Virus record (IMG/VR): IMGVR_UViG_3300017646_000004
DNA: 43,554 nucleotides
Origin: a virus
Direction: 5' to 3' (one strand)
This document shows positions 17,754 to 27,040 of this stretch, piece after piece. A program made the translations under genes and the position numbers. The notes under the pieces were generated by a model that was given only the letters and a program-made list of their open reading frames with translations, did not search any database and was not told the origin of the DNA. Within the stretch, counting starts at the first letter, position 1; the number at the start of each line of letters is the position of its first letter.

Positions 17754-18121
17754 CAGAGTCCCATCCTTCGAATGATGTCGCTGCCGTAGCGCTGAGTCTT
17801 GCGACCCCATTTCGACTGATCCGAACCGCCGAAATAATACATCGCAGCCCGGCGTGGATCGCCGTTTCCATAGTCCCAGGCTTCCCGAACGGCGGCCTCG
17901 GTGATTGCGTCCTGATACCGCCTGGCCTCAGCGCTGGTGCCGCGCATAAGGTCAGGGCGGTAAGGAAGCCCGATGCGAGCGGCCAATGCCCTCGTCGTAT
18001 CCGGCATGACCTGGCCTATCCCCATGGCACCGGATCCTTCGGCATTGGGCACGCCGTAACGGCCGCCGGATTCCTGCCCGATGATCGCGCGCTTGAACGA
18101 GCGATAATCATTGGGGAAACC
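17753..18121 (-). CDS. Lytic transglycosylase (SLT) domain segment without its own start codon
   Basis: FKRAIIGQESGGRYGVPNAEGSGAMGIGQVMPDT is an SLT catalytic signature. The upstream part of track ORF 17753..18280 is Arg-rich nonsense. It is probably joined to 18108..18905 by a +1 shift. Confidence 0.7.
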   Translation of the reverse strand, partial: GFPNDYRSFKRAIIGQESGGRYGVPNAEGSGAMGIGQVMPDTTRALAARIGLPYRPDLMRGTSAEARRYQDAITEAAVREAWDYGNGDPRRAAMYYFGGSDQSKWGRKTQRYGSDIIRRMGL

Positions 18122-18905
18122 CGCCAGCGGCGTTGCCACCGCTGCCTCCCGGAACCACTCGAATATTGCCGTTCGGATCGATGAACCGCGTGCCGGGCGG
18201 CAGGCTCCGCGCCTGCTCCACGCTCTGCACCTGCACGGGCGCATCCTGTGAGCCGACATAGCCGGATACCGCGCTAGCATTGCGGGTATCCACCAGCGTG
18301 CCGCCCTCGGGAATGACCTGATAGTGAGGTTCGGTCGCGCTGATGAAATCCTTCACCATCCCCGCTTTCGCGAGCGCGCCCTGCAAAGCCTGTTCGCTGT
18401 ATTGCCCCGCCTGTTGCGCAAGGCCCCGAATTCCAAGGCGCTCGCCTTCGACCACGGCGGCATCCCAAGCGGCCGCGCGCTGTTCGGGCGGCAAGCGGGA
18501 GATGTTCAGCGCGGCATTGCCAATGTAATCGGCGCTCTGTTTGATCTGGTCTTTCTGCGCTGTGCTAAGCTTCTGCCACGCGTTAATGTCTATCCCGGCG
18601 AGTTGCCCCAGCGCGGCTGCATCACCCTGGGCCGCTCGCTGCTGCAAATCCGCCTGAATCTGCTGCATCTGAGCTTTTTGCATCTGCGCCTGCCGCGAGG
18701 CTTCACGGTCCTGCAATTGAAGCCCGAGGGCCGGATTGTATTTCGCTACTTCCGCCACGCCTTCCGGGGTGGGATTGGTGACATAGGCCGCCAGCGCGCT
18801 TTCGGTGCGCCGGTTCCTCGCATCCTCCCGGCCTTTGTCGAAGGCGCTCAGAATGCTCTGGCCGATACCTGCCGTGGCGTTGGTGAGGGGGGTATAATCA
18901 ACCAT
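18108..18905 (-). CDS. Ejection-protein N-terminal part (frame upstream of the SLT domain)
   Basis: Start MVDYTPLT. Gln-rich coiled region. Ends ...GGNAAGGFPQ-stop, inside the GGGTTTCCCC site. Confidence 0.55.
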   Translation of the reverse strand: MVDYTPLTNATAGIGQSILSAFDKGREDARNRRTESALAAYVTNPTPEGVAEVAKYNPALGLQLQDREASRQAQMQKAQMQQIQADLQQRAAQGDAAALGQLAGIDINAWQKLSTAQKDQIKQSADYIGNAALNISRLPPEQRAAAWDAAVVEGERLGIRGLAQQAGQYSEQALQGALAKAGMVKDFISATEPHYQVIPEGGTLVDTRNASAVSGYVGSQDAPVQVQSVEQARSLPPGTRFIDPNGNIRVVPGGSGGNAAGGFPQ

Positions 18906-19056
18906 TACCGCCCTCCCCTTCCTGCTCTTCGGCTTCTTGGGCTTCCTCCGCCTCAAGCTCGGCGATGCGTCGTTCGATCAGGGCAACGTTACTGGCGTAA
19001 CCAGCCCTGCCCTTGCGGGCTTTCAGCTTGGCGCGCAGGTCGTCGAGGGTGGACAT
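18898..19056 (-). CDS. Small acidic coiled-coil protein (52 aa)
   Basis: Internal Met of track ORF 18898..19104, overlapping both neighbours. Confidence 0.4.
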   Translation of the reverse strand: MSTLDDLRAKLKARKGRAGYASNVALIERRIAELEAEEAQEAEEQEGEGGNG

Positions 19057-19823
19057 CACAGGCTCCCCAGGACGCCGCCGATCGTGGAGCCGATGCCGCT
19101 CCACATGTTCGCGGTGTTCGTGCCCTTGGCTATTGCGGCATTTGCATTCGCATTGCCTGCACCCACCTGAAGATTGGCGATATTGCTGCCGTAGTTCGAA
19201 TTGAGGTTCGACAGCGCTGTCCCGTAATTGCTGGTCAGACCGGAAAGCGCGTTGCCGTAGTTCGTGCTGAGGTTCGCCAGAGACGAGGACGCCGAGAGCC
19301 CCGTGTTCTGCTGGCCGGTCAGATAGCCCATGTAGTTGCTGAATTCGTTGCTGGCGAAGTTCTGGCCGTATTCGGTCAGGGCCTTCTGCGCGGCACCCGA
19401 TTGCAACAGGCCGTTCGCCGCGTAGTTGGAGTTGACCGCGTCGTAGCCCTCCTGGAGCCGGGACTGATAGCCGGTCGAATCCTTGTAGGTATCGAACGCT
19501 GCCTGCTGCGCCTCGGTCGATCCGGTCAGCCCCAGCAGGGCATTGATCTGCGACGTCGCTGCGGTCCCACCCGAGGCATAGGGCGATAGCGCGCTCGATG
19601 CCGTCTCATACGCGCTGTTCTGATAGTCGATCGACTGGTCCAGCGCGCTTTTCAGGGCGGAGGAAGACGTGTTATAGGAGTCCGTGAGCGTGCCCTGCGC
19701 CGCTGTAATCGCGGCCTGCTGTGCGGCATTCGCCTTGTCCACGGCCTTATTGGAGGAGCTTGCGCCCAGCAGGCTACCGGCGACGCCGGCAACCGCGCCA
19801 ATAGCTGACGTAATCCCGACCAT
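19056..19823 (-). CDS. Ser/Asn/Ala-rich internal virion protein
   Basis: 255 aa with an N-terminal hydrophobic segment and short repeats (SxNYGxALSxL three times). Confidence 0.5.
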   Translation of the reverse strand: MVGITSAIGAVAGVAGSLLGASSSNKAVDKANAAQQAAITAAQGTLTDSYNTSSSALKSALDQSIDYQNSAYETASSALSPYASGGTAATSQINALLGLTGSTEAQQAAFDTYKDSTGYQSRLQEGYDAVNSNYAANGLLQSGAAQKALTEYGQNFASNEFSNYMGYLTGQQNTGLSASSSLANLSTNYGNALSGLTSNYGTALSNLNSNYGSNIANLQVGAGNANANAAIAKGTNTANMWSGIGSTIGGVLGSL

Positions 19824-20266
19824 CAGGATAGCTCCTTGATGAATATATGTTCGCTGGGAATGTAGCCGTTCATTCGATACAATCTTTCAAGGGCTGCGGA
19901 TCGCATGTGATGTTCACATGCCATATTAATGGTCCGCGCCCCGAGATTGCGGGCGGCCAACTCTGCCTTTTCCCGTAGAAGTCGTCCGGCGCTACTGCCC
20001 GGATCGGTCCACCAGAAAAGCTCCGTCGCAGTTAACACATTGCGGTTGAAGTGCCAAGGGTGAACTATAACGCCGATCATTGCCGACAGGTCTTCGGGGA
20101 CAAGGCAGATATGATCTGCGATCAACCCCTTGAGAAGCTCAGTGCAACTTTGCTCGTCATAAGGAACATCGATCCTCGACCATGCGATATCGATGAACCT
20201 CTTCCCCATTTCGAGAAGCCGGGGGATGTCCGTCTCGGTCGCAGACCGAATGACGCTGTCGCTCAT
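19823..20266 (-). CDS. GNAT-family N-acetyltransferase
   Basis: 147 aa with a GNAT-like core (SAGRLLREKAELAARNLGARTINM...RLYRMNGY). Visibly lower GC than the flanking virion genes. Confidence 0.7.
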   Translation of the reverse strand: MSDSVIRSATETDIPRLLEMGKRFIDIAWSRIDVPYDEQSCTELLKGLIADHICLVPEDLSAMIGVIVHPWHFNRNVLTATELFWWTDPGSSAGRLLREKAELAARNLGARTINMACEHHMRSAALERLYRMNGYIPSEHIFIKELS

Positions 20267-20607
20267 GAGAGGACTTCGATCAGCCTCAAATCGTCGATCA
20301 GCTGCTTCACGCGCTGCGCCAGTTGCTCGACATCAACCGTGCTCGTGGCGAAGGTCGCCCTGCTTCCCGTTCCGCTTGCGGTGCCCCAGCCCGGCGTCTG
20401 GCCCTTCTGGACATAGTCTGCCAGCATCGCTGCAACATCGGTCGAAAGCGTGTCCACGGCATCGGCCAGGGCGATCACTTGATCCTCTACGCCGGAGATG
20501 TATTCGAGCTGCGCCTGCCATTTCTTCTGAAAGGCGATTGTCGGCCTGCCGTCCTTGTCGCAAATCGGTTCGCTCGCGAGAAGGAGAAGGCCCGTGCGCA
20601 ACATCAC
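20263..20607 (-). CDS. Short tail needle/plug protein (P22 gp26-like C-terminus)
   Basis: QTPGWGTASGTGSRATFA...VEQLAQRVKQLIDDL resembles the gp26 tail RQTGWTAATGTANKGVFDA...IQAIANALI. It follows the gp10-like gene, as in P22. Confidence 0.5.
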   Translation of the reverse strand: MMLRTGLLLLASEPICDKDGRPTIAFQKKWQAQLEYISGVEDQVIALADAVDTLSTDVAAMLADYVQKGQTPGWGTASGTGSRATFATSTVDVEQLAQRVKQLIDDLRLIEVLS

Positions 20608-22139
20608 ACGCCCCCCGGATCGGTTAGCAGCACGTCATCGATATCGGGATCGGTCAGGATCGTCGTCGTATCATCGGGATCGGAGATATACGTGTCGTCG
20701 CTTCCCGGCCCGACGCCGCCGCCTCTTGCCCCGGGCCATCTGCTGCGACCGGTCAGCCGTTCGTTGTAATATGCCCCTGATACCCTGAACGGAACGGGGT
20801 CGGTCACCCTGATCTCGAACAGCGCCCCCGGAGCATCGAACATGCCGAGCGCGCGCCACTGGACCGACTTGCGATAAGCGCCTTGCTCTCCGAGTCCGGT
20901 CTGCCGCCACTCGGACCATGTCTGCCCGCCATCGCGGGTGTGTCGCAGTTCGACGATCGGATTGGCGAAGGTCCCCACGACATATCCGGTCTGACCGGGA
21001 TTGGTGCGGAGCGAGACATTGTTGATCCTGATCGCATCACCGATAACGACCAGGCCGCACCGGAACATGCGCTCGACTTCGGCCCCGAGATCACTGTCAC
21101 CGCTGAATACCAGCAGGTATCCGTCATCCTTCGATCCGAATAGCGGGCTGTCGCTCCCCGGAATATTGATCGCGGATCCACCAAGAAAGCCATCACGACC
21201 ATATGTGCGCTGTTCGGACCATTCGCGGGTCTGCGCATCGAACAGCAGATCGGTGTTATCCAGGCGGATGCGCAGGAATTCATGGCCTTCGAAGAAATAG
21301 CTGTCCGCCAGGCACGTCTGGGACGCGGAGATGATCTCCTGCACACCGGCATCGCTGATCGGGAGCGGAACCGCACCGCCGTTCTGGTAGACGATGTTGC
21401 CGGGCGAGACCCAGGCGAATGTGCTGTCCCACAATGTGATGCAGCCTGTATCCCTGACACCCTTGGTGAACACCCTGCCGATCGTCGGGGCCCAGGGCGC
21501 GTCGTCGTCCCCGGTCGGGCCGTGGAATTCGATCGTATCGACCCCGGCAAGAATAAGGTGGCTTTCCCACACCACGATATCCACCAGTTTGTCCGGCTCG
21601 CTTTCGGCGCTGGCGTAGTCGAGCCCATCGATCACGATGTCTCCGTTTTCGTCCAGCATATTGGCAAGGGGCTTGGTCCAATAATAATGATGGGTCCCGG
21701 CCCGCAGGAAGATGAACCGGCCGCCTTGCTCCGCGACCGCAGTGACAAGCGCATCGTCGGGGAACGCCACTGCCCGATAGGTCTCGCCATCGTAGAAGCT
21801 GACATTCTCGCCGGCGGTCGCGATCACGCCGATTTCATTGCCTGCGACGGAAGGATCTCCGCCTCCGGTCAACTCGCCCGCCTCGTTGGCTCCGACATAC
21901 ATCGATGACCCCGAGATCGCCACGATCTGGCCACCGACCACCCCATCTGCGCGATACAGCTTGCGGACCGGACCTTCGCCCAGCAGGACATCTGTTCGAT
22001 CAAGGCCGGGGCGCGATTGAAGCGCGAACTGCGTGGGCTCCGTGATCGCTTCCTCGGGGAACATGTTGACCAGAGGAAGCCGCGGCAAATCGCCCCGGGA
22101 GCGCCTGATCGTGCCGGGAACCAGCGAGAGGGCAGGCAT
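20604..22139 (-). CDS. P22 gp10-like tail hub / packaged-DNA stabilisation protein
   Basis: LPLVNMFPEE...SRPGL, TIEFHGPTG, FFEGHEFLRIRL and FEIRVTDPVPFRVSG parallel P22 gp10 blocks (YLPVNML, TIEYFSLTG, RFDSHELLIIHL, FKLRVITKSPVTLSG). Confidence 0.7.
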   Translation of the reverse strand: MPALSLVPGTIRRSRGDLPRLPLVNMFPEEAITEPTQFALQSRPGLDRTDVLLGEGPVRKLYRADGVVGGQIVAISGSSMYVGANEAGELTGGGDPSVAGNEIGVIATAGENVSFYDGETYRAVAFPDDALVTAVAEQGGRFIFLRAGTHHYYWTKPLANMLDENGDIVIDGLDYASAESEPDKLVDIVVWESHLILAGVDTIEFHGPTGDDDAPWAPTIGRVFTKGVRDTGCITLWDSTFAWVSPGNIVYQNGGAVPLPISDAGVQEIISASQTCLADSYFFEGHEFLRIRLDNTDLLFDAQTREWSEQRTYGRDGFLGGSAINIPGSDSPLFGSKDDGYLLVFSGDSDLGAEVERMFRCGLVVIGDAIRINNVSLRTNPGQTGYVVGTFANPIVELRHTRDGGQTWSEWRQTGLGEQGAYRKSVQWRALGMFDAPGALFEIRVTDPVPFRVSGAYYNERLTGRSRWPGARGGGVGPGSDDTYISDPDDTTTILTDPDIDDVLLTDPGGV

Positions 22140-22140
22140 C

Positions 22141-22836
22141 TCAGTAGCTCCACCAGGGCCCTTCCACGGGCTCCATCGTGTAGGAAGCTGGGCGATAGCT
22201 ATCGAGCATTTCCTGCTCCAGCAGGCCCGCCCGGATCGCCAGCTCTTGCGCGGGCTGCACCCCGAAAATCCCCGCGCAGCGGATGGCGAGATTGCTGTAT
22301 ACGGTCTCCAGCAGCTCGTCGGGGATATCCACTTCCTGCGTGGCATCGGTGATCGCGTCCATCTTGCGATCGATATCGAGATGATAGGTCACAGGCCTGT
22401 TCGGAACGGGCCAGACATAGAGCGTGACCGCCTTGGCAGAGGGCTCCACGTAATACATCGTGGGATTTCCCGGTGAATCCTTGCGGGGCAGGATGCGATA
22501 GTCATCCCGCTCCCAGCGCTGCATCGGCCTGTCATTCCATTGGTCGATCTGGCAACGCGCCCCGTTCACTTCGCGCACATAGTCCGGGAGGGTGAAGCTC
22601 ATCACATTGAGCGGCTGATCGATGGAGATCGTCTCCTGCTTCCAGATCACGCCTTTGAGCTGCCAGGACTTCACCATCCCATTGAGGCGCAGCAGGCACT
22701 TTTGAAGCTCGATATCCTCGGGTTGCTCGCCCAAGGGGAGAATGGCGTTTTCTTCCAGTGCGGTCGTGACGATATCCCGGGCGGTCATCCTGAACTCGGT
22801 CGTTCCGCTGGTTCCGGTCGCAATGCTCGCCATCAC
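22141..22836 (-). CDS. Head-to-tail adaptor candidate (gp4 position)
   Basis: 231-aa ORF directly upstream of the gp10-like gene. The assignment is by synteny only. Confidence 0.45.
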   Translation of the reverse strand: MMASIATGTSGTTEFRMTARDIVTTALEENAILPLGEQPEDIELQKCLLRLNGMVKSWQLKGVIWKQETISIDQPLNVMSFTLPDYVREVNGARCQIDQWNDRPMQRWERDDYRILPRKDSPGNPTMYYVEPSAKAVTLYVWPVPNRPVTYHLDIDRKMDAITDATQEVDIPDELLETVYSNLAIRCAGIFGVQPAQELAIRAGLLEQEMLDSYRPASYTMEPVEGPWWSY

Positions 22837-23843
22837 AGATCCTCGCGCGTCGTGGTATTCGGGCTATTGTCGGGATAAGGCATGCGCGACGATATGCGCG
22901 GCACGCCCTCGGGCACGATCCGGGGCGGCTTCAAATCCCTGGGCTTGGGATCCCAATCCTTCTCGCACACCCAGATACCGGTCCATTCCTTGCGCAGCTT
23001 GCTCAGCGGATATTCGAAACCGCATCGCTCGCAGACATATTTGACCCCGCCTTCCGGCATCACGAAGGCTTCACCAAAGGCGTAGAATATGTCCGCCCGG
23101 ACGACAGCGTTCATTGCCCCGATGCGCACGCCGGGTCCGGTCGTGACCGTTCCTGCCGCCTCGAACCCATCGGCCGGAACAATGGCCGCCATGGAGCCGA
23201 ACGCAATGTCGTTCAGTGTGCCCGTCGCGGTCAGGATATCTGCCGGCACCGTGGCGGCAAGAGACCCGGAAATCCCGTCCTTTACTTCACCGACTGCCGC
23301 GAATGTATCGGCGCTCGCTACAGTCGAGAAAGACCCCTCGACAGCAACGGCGTCCGGGACCTGAACCTCAAGAAACGATACGCCTATGCCGCGATCAAGC
23401 GAACTTGGAGGGTTGTAGAAAATGCGGACATAGACACTTTCCCAATCGCTAATCCCCGAAAGGTCCACTGCGAGGGATTTGCTCACCCATCCGTTTATTC
23501 CGCCATCCGCCACAGACCAAGTGTTCTGGTCTATCAGCGTGCCGCCGCTGCCAGGATAGCCTTGGAACACTTGCGCATTAAATGTGCCTGCCGGGGTGTT
23601 GGCGGCCACGCCGTTATTGACATTCTGCGCTCTGATATTGACCGAATAGGCCCCGGCCTGCGGATCGCGAACGCCACTCAGCTTGAATGTGATGGTCTGG
23701 TTCTGGCCGTTCAGCGACCAGATGTAATCGCTATCGGACGGATTCGCCTCATCAATGCAATCGTAAAATCCCGCGCCGCCGGTCTTGCGCCAACGGCTGT
23801 TGGACGGATCGGCATCGGCAATCGGGCGGAGGAACTGGCTCAC
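22833..23843 (-). CDS. Virion protein with four ~23-aa tandem repeats and a C-terminal Cys motif
   Basis: Repeats centred on VASADTFAAVG / TVPADILTATG / IVPADGFEAAG / VVRADIFYAFG, then YVCERCGFEYPLSKLRKEWTGIWVCEKDWDPKPR. Confidence 0.55.
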   Translation of the reverse strand: MSQFLRPIADADPSNSRWRKTGGAGFYDCIDEANPSDSDYIWSLNGQNQTITFKLSGVRDPQAGAYSVNIRAQNVNNGVAANTPAGTFNAQVFQGYPGSGGTLIDQNTWSVADGGINGWVSKSLAVDLSGISDWESVYVRIFYNPPSSLDRGIGVSFLEVQVPDAVAVEGSFSTVASADTFAAVGEVKDGISGSLAATVPADILTATGTLNDIAFGSMAAIVPADGFEAAGTVTTGPGVRIGAMNAVVRADIFYAFGEAFVMPEGGVKYVCERCGFEYPLSKLRKEWTGIWVCEKDWDPKPRDLKPPRIVPEGVPRISSRMPYPDNSPNTTTREDL

Positions 23844-23855
23844 AGGCCCGCTCCC

Positions 23856-24224
23856 TTAGCCGTGGGTGATCGACGCGGCCGTCAACGTGACAGTCTGACC
23901 GGCAAGGATCGCCACGCTGTCGAGGATGATATCGGTCCCCGAGGTGCCGACGGTGATTCCCGTGATCACATCGACATTGCCCGACGTGCGGATGCGAGCT
24001 TCGGCGGCGGTCCCGCTGGCATCGGCGGAAAGATCGGAACGAGGAAACCCGCTGAACGTCAACACGCCCCCGGCGACCGTCCCGGCCGGATTGCCCAGCT
24101 CGATCACCGCCAGAACCGATGCCATGCCGGCGGTTCCGATCTCGATCTTGCCCGCGCTGCCGATGGCCGAAACCACATTCGCGAGGTTCGCGTTCTTGAG
24201 CGAGGTGCTATAGACGATCGCCAT
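23856..24224 (-). CDS. Hypothetical capsid-module protein (122 aa)
   Basis: Track ORF directly downstream of the major capsid gene. Gly/Thr/Ala-rich beta-type sequence. Confidence 0.5.
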   Translation of the reverse strand: MAIVYSTSLKNANLANVVSAIGSAGKIEIGTAGMASVLAVIELGNPAGTVAGGVLTFSGFPRSDLSADASGTAAEARIRTSGNVDVITGITVGTSGTDIILDSVAILAGQTVTLTAASITHG

Positions 24225-24246
24225 GTCAGATCCTTTGAGAAGATGT

Positions 24247-24270
24247 GCCCAGCCTTTTAGGGCGCTGGGC
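24247..24270 (-). terminator. Stem-loop after the major capsid gene (possible partial terminator)
   Basis: GCCCAGC-N10-GCTGGGC in the 79-nt gap after the capsid stop. No clear U tract. Confidence 0.25.
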
Positions 24271-24303
24271 CTTCCCTCAAGTCAGGGTGGATGAGGCCCC
24301 GAC

Positions 24304-25218
24304 TTAGCCCGAGCCCGGATTGCCGAAGACACCGCGCCAGTCGGCCACGCCCGGAACATAACGCTCCGTCGCTTTGGCCTTGGCGTTCTCGGTGTCGAAG
24401 TCGTCGTCCTTCTTGAACTCCAACGCGCGGCGCTGGAACGAGAGAAGTCCGTTGCCGACATCGGTGGTCAGGAACCACGCGTCCAGGTCTTCGAGCCAGG
24501 GATCGACCACCACCTTCTTGATGCGTCCGGTCACCCGAAGCGCATTGACGTTGTTGGTGTTGGTCGTGTCCGTTGCCGAACCGGACTGGAGTTCGCTTTC
24601 CAGGATGCGGATCGCGTTCGCCCAGTTCGACGGATGGACCACCAGCGTTGCCGCCTGTGCCCCGATCTTGATCCCGCGCGCGTTCTCCATGAGCATGATC
24701 TGCGTCACGGCATCTTCGAGCGAGGTTTCCGACAGATCCGCAGCGGTCAGCAGATTGCTCTGCAAGCCACCAATGGTCGGGTGAGAGGCCGAGAAGATCG
24801 GCACCCCATCCCCGCCCAGGAACGTGGTGAAGCCGCGATTCAGCACATTCGCATGCACGATGCACTTGGTCGCGTTCATCGAGCGGGCCAGCTCGCGCGA
24901 GTAGCTTTCGCTCACCTGCCGATACTGGTTGTCCTCGATGGCTTCCCGCGTCACGATATAGCCGAGGCCGTAGACCTCGTTCGTGAAGCGCGTCTTGTAG
25001 CCTTCCCGGAAGTCGTCATACTTGATCGACGCACCTTCGGCCTTCTTCGGGGCGAGCCCGAGGCCAACGGTTTCCGCGATTTCCTCATAGGCCTTGTCGC
25101 TCGTTTCCATCTGGAAATACTCGCGATAAGCCTTGGGTGCCTCCTTGTAGCGCGCACCGAACCAGAGCTTGATGCCGGGCCAAAGCGCGGAGGGATGATT
25201 GGAACGAGTGGTAGTCAT
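24304..25218 (-). CDS. Major capsid protein (HK97-fold, lambda gpE / Mu gpT-like)
   Basis: 304 aa. LWPGIKLWFGARYKE...FQMETSDKAYEEIAETVGLG...EGASIKYDD...YGLGYIVTREAIEDNQY looks like the gpE/gpT class. Position is after the scaffold. Confidence 0.7.
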   Translation of the reverse strand: MTTTRSNHPSALWPGIKLWFGARYKEAPKAYREYFQMETSDKAYEEIAETVGLGLAPKKAEGASIKYDDFREGYKTRFTNEVYGLGYIVTREAIEDNQYRQVSESYSRELARSMNATKCIVHANVLNRGFTTFLGGDGVPIFSASHPTIGGLQSNLLTAADLSETSLEDAVTQIMLMENARGIKIGAQAATLVVHPSNWANAIRILESELQSGSATDTTNTNNVNALRVTGRIKKVVVDPWLEDLDAWFLTTDVGNGLLSFQRRALEFKKDDDFDTENAKAKATERYVPGVADWRGVFGNPGSG

Positions 25219-25230
25219 GTCACCGCCTCC

Positions 25231-25803
25231 TTAAGCCGGCGTGACCGGCAGCAGCCGGACAAGCCATTTGGCGTTGTTGCCGAGTTCGTTGTCCTCCCGC
25301 TGGATCAGCCCAACGAGAAGCGCCTGAACGCCGGAGCCCTTGGTAGAGCTGTCGATCTCCACACCCGAAAGCTTGGAGGCAGTGTTGCCAGCACCGTAGA
25401 TGAAGTTGACCTTCTTTCCGATGTCGGCAGCGGTAAGGGCACCGCCCACGCTGTCCTCCTGCACCTCGAACTCGATGTCATCGGCGTTATCCATGACGAG
25501 GACGTAATCCTCGGTGGATGCAGCGCGATAACCGTTGTCCACGGCGCTCTTGGAGCCTGCGGCAGCGCCGGGCTTCGGCACGAATCCGACCACAACACCA
25601 TCGACCTGGTTGGTCCCGGTCGTGCGGGTAACGGCCCCGATACCATTGGCATCGCCGCCATTGGCGCGGGTGACGGGGTCGCCCACGAACAGCGCCGTGG
25701 TGTCCGACGCGGGCACGTAATACAGGTTCACGCCGCCATTGTAGGGCGCGGACCCGTTATCGCATTTCGGGAGCAGCCCGAACGCGGCATCAGAATTAGC
25801 CAT
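25231..25803 (-). CDS. Putative head decoration protein
   Basis: 190-aa ORF immediately upstream of the capsid gene, the lambda gpD position. Beta-rich, with no enzymatic motif. Confidence 0.4.
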   Translation of the reverse strand: MANSDAAFGLLPKCDNGSAPYNGGVNLYYVPASDTTALFVGDPVTRANGGDANGIGAVTRTTGTNQVDGVVVGFVPKPGAAAGSKSAVDNGYRAASTEDYVLVMDNADDIEFEVQEDSVGGALTAADIGKKVNFIYGAGNTASKLSGVEIDSSTKGSGVQALLVGLIQREDNELGNNAKWLVRLLPVTPA

Positions 25804-25823
25804 GACAGCCTCCTGAATAGGTT

Positions 25824-26243
25824 TCAGTCAGGGGCCATGTAGAAATCGGCCCCGGATTCGACGGCTGAACTCTTGTTCGGATGCTTGCGGGTATCGGCCT
25901 CGCGATCCCTGAGCCTCGCCAGCATGGCTTTGCGGTCTTCCACCACAAATCGCTCGGGCTTCATCAGGAGAACGTGCTTTACAGGCCTGCCTTCTGATCC
26001 GGGTCCAGCATGGATTTTCGCGACATCGGGAACCACGTCCCAATCGTCTTCGGTGGTAAGCCGCTGAACCTTGCCTTGATCGTCGACACACCAGAAAAAG
26101 TTCATTCCCGGATGCGCATCCTTCACGCTCTGCGGAATGTCCAATTTCTTGGCGCTGCCCGACTTACGGCGGCGGCGCTCTCCTGCCTCTACTTCCGCCC
26201 TTCTAGGGCGACCCGGACGGCGAGGGGTTTCTTCGATATCCAT
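25824..26243 (-). CDS. Hypothetical head-module protein with an Arg-rich N-terminus
   Basis: Track ORF between the scaffold and decoration genes. Confidence 0.45.
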   Translation of the reverse strand: MDIEETPRRPGRPRRAEVEAGERRRRKSGSAKKLDIPQSVKDAHPGMNFFWCVDDQGKVQRLTTEDDWDVVPDVAKIHAGPGSEGRPVKHVLLMKPERFVVEDRKAMLARLRDREADTRKHPNKSSAVESGADFYMAPD

Positions 26244-26245
26244 TA

Positions 26246-27040
26246 TTACGCTCCATTTTCCTCAAAGTAAATACGCGCGTAATCTTCTTTGCTTCCGACA
26301 CCGCGCGCCTCAAGATCGGCAGCGATTTTCTTGGCTTCGGGTGGCAGGGCCGCGAATCCCTTGGCGGCAGGGCGCGAACCGCGTGCACCGGGCACGCTCA
26401 GCGGCGCTTCCTTGGCCTTGGGCTTCGGTTGCTCGAAATACTCGGGAAACAAGCCTTTGGCCTCGCGCTCCACGATTTGCACCTGCTTGGCCGGCGAAAG
26501 GCCCTGGCGCGCAAGTTCGTCGGCGCGGTTGATCGCCCAGGCAGTGGCCTCCTTGTCCTTCTGGAACCAGGTGGAATTGCGCTCCACGAAGTCCTGAACC
26601 TCCGGAGGCGTGGACTGCGGCGCAGGCTGAGCCTTGGCGTCAAGCTGCTTGAGCTTGGCATCGACCTGCTGGAACTTCTCGGCATTGCCCTCTTCGAAGG
26701 CCTCCTGCCATTCGCCCCGGAGCTTGGCGCGTTCTTCCTCGATCCGCTGCGCCAGCAGCTCGCCAGAAGTGCGAGAGATGTTGTCGATCTGCGCTTTGAG
26801 GCTATCGACCGAGCTTTTCAGGTTGTGATTGTAATCGACGGTCTTGCGGAGGAATTCATGCGCCGGACGCCATTTGTCCGGCGAGCCGCGCCAGCTATCC
26901 TTCGGCGTCCATCCCATGGATGACGCAAGGTCTTCGATGCTGGGCGGTGCGGGCGGTTCGCTCTCATCCTGAACGGTTTCATCGGCGCTGGTATCGTCCA
27001 GCACCACGGCGTCGTCGTCGTCTTCGCCATCAATGTGCAT
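26246..27040 (-). CDS. Scaffolding protein candidate
   Basis: 264 aa with an acidic N-terminus (DGEDDDDAVV) and long helical, charged segments. Located between the portal and capsid genes. Confidence 0.55.
   Translation of the reverse strand: MHIDGEDDDDAVVLDDTSADETVQDESEPPAPPSIEDLASSMGWTPKDSWRGSPDKWRPAHEFLRKTVDYNHNLKSSVDSLKAQIDNISRTSGELLAQRIEEERAKLRGEWQEAFEEGNAEKFQQVDAKLKQLDAKAQPAPQSTPPEVQDFVERNSTWFQKDKEATAWAINRADELARQGLSPAKQVQIVEREAKGLFPEYFEQPKPKAKEAPLSVPGARGSRPAAKGFAALPPEAKKIAADLEARGVGSKEDYARIYFEENGA

Noticed and set aside
18122-18280. N-terminal part of track ORF 17753..18280 (MLARYPAMSAHRMRPCRCRAWSRR...).
   Set aside because: It is Arg/Cys-rich nonsense overlapping the C-terminus of the upstream ejection-protein frame. 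Only the segment from GFPNDY onward looks like real protein (the SLT domain).
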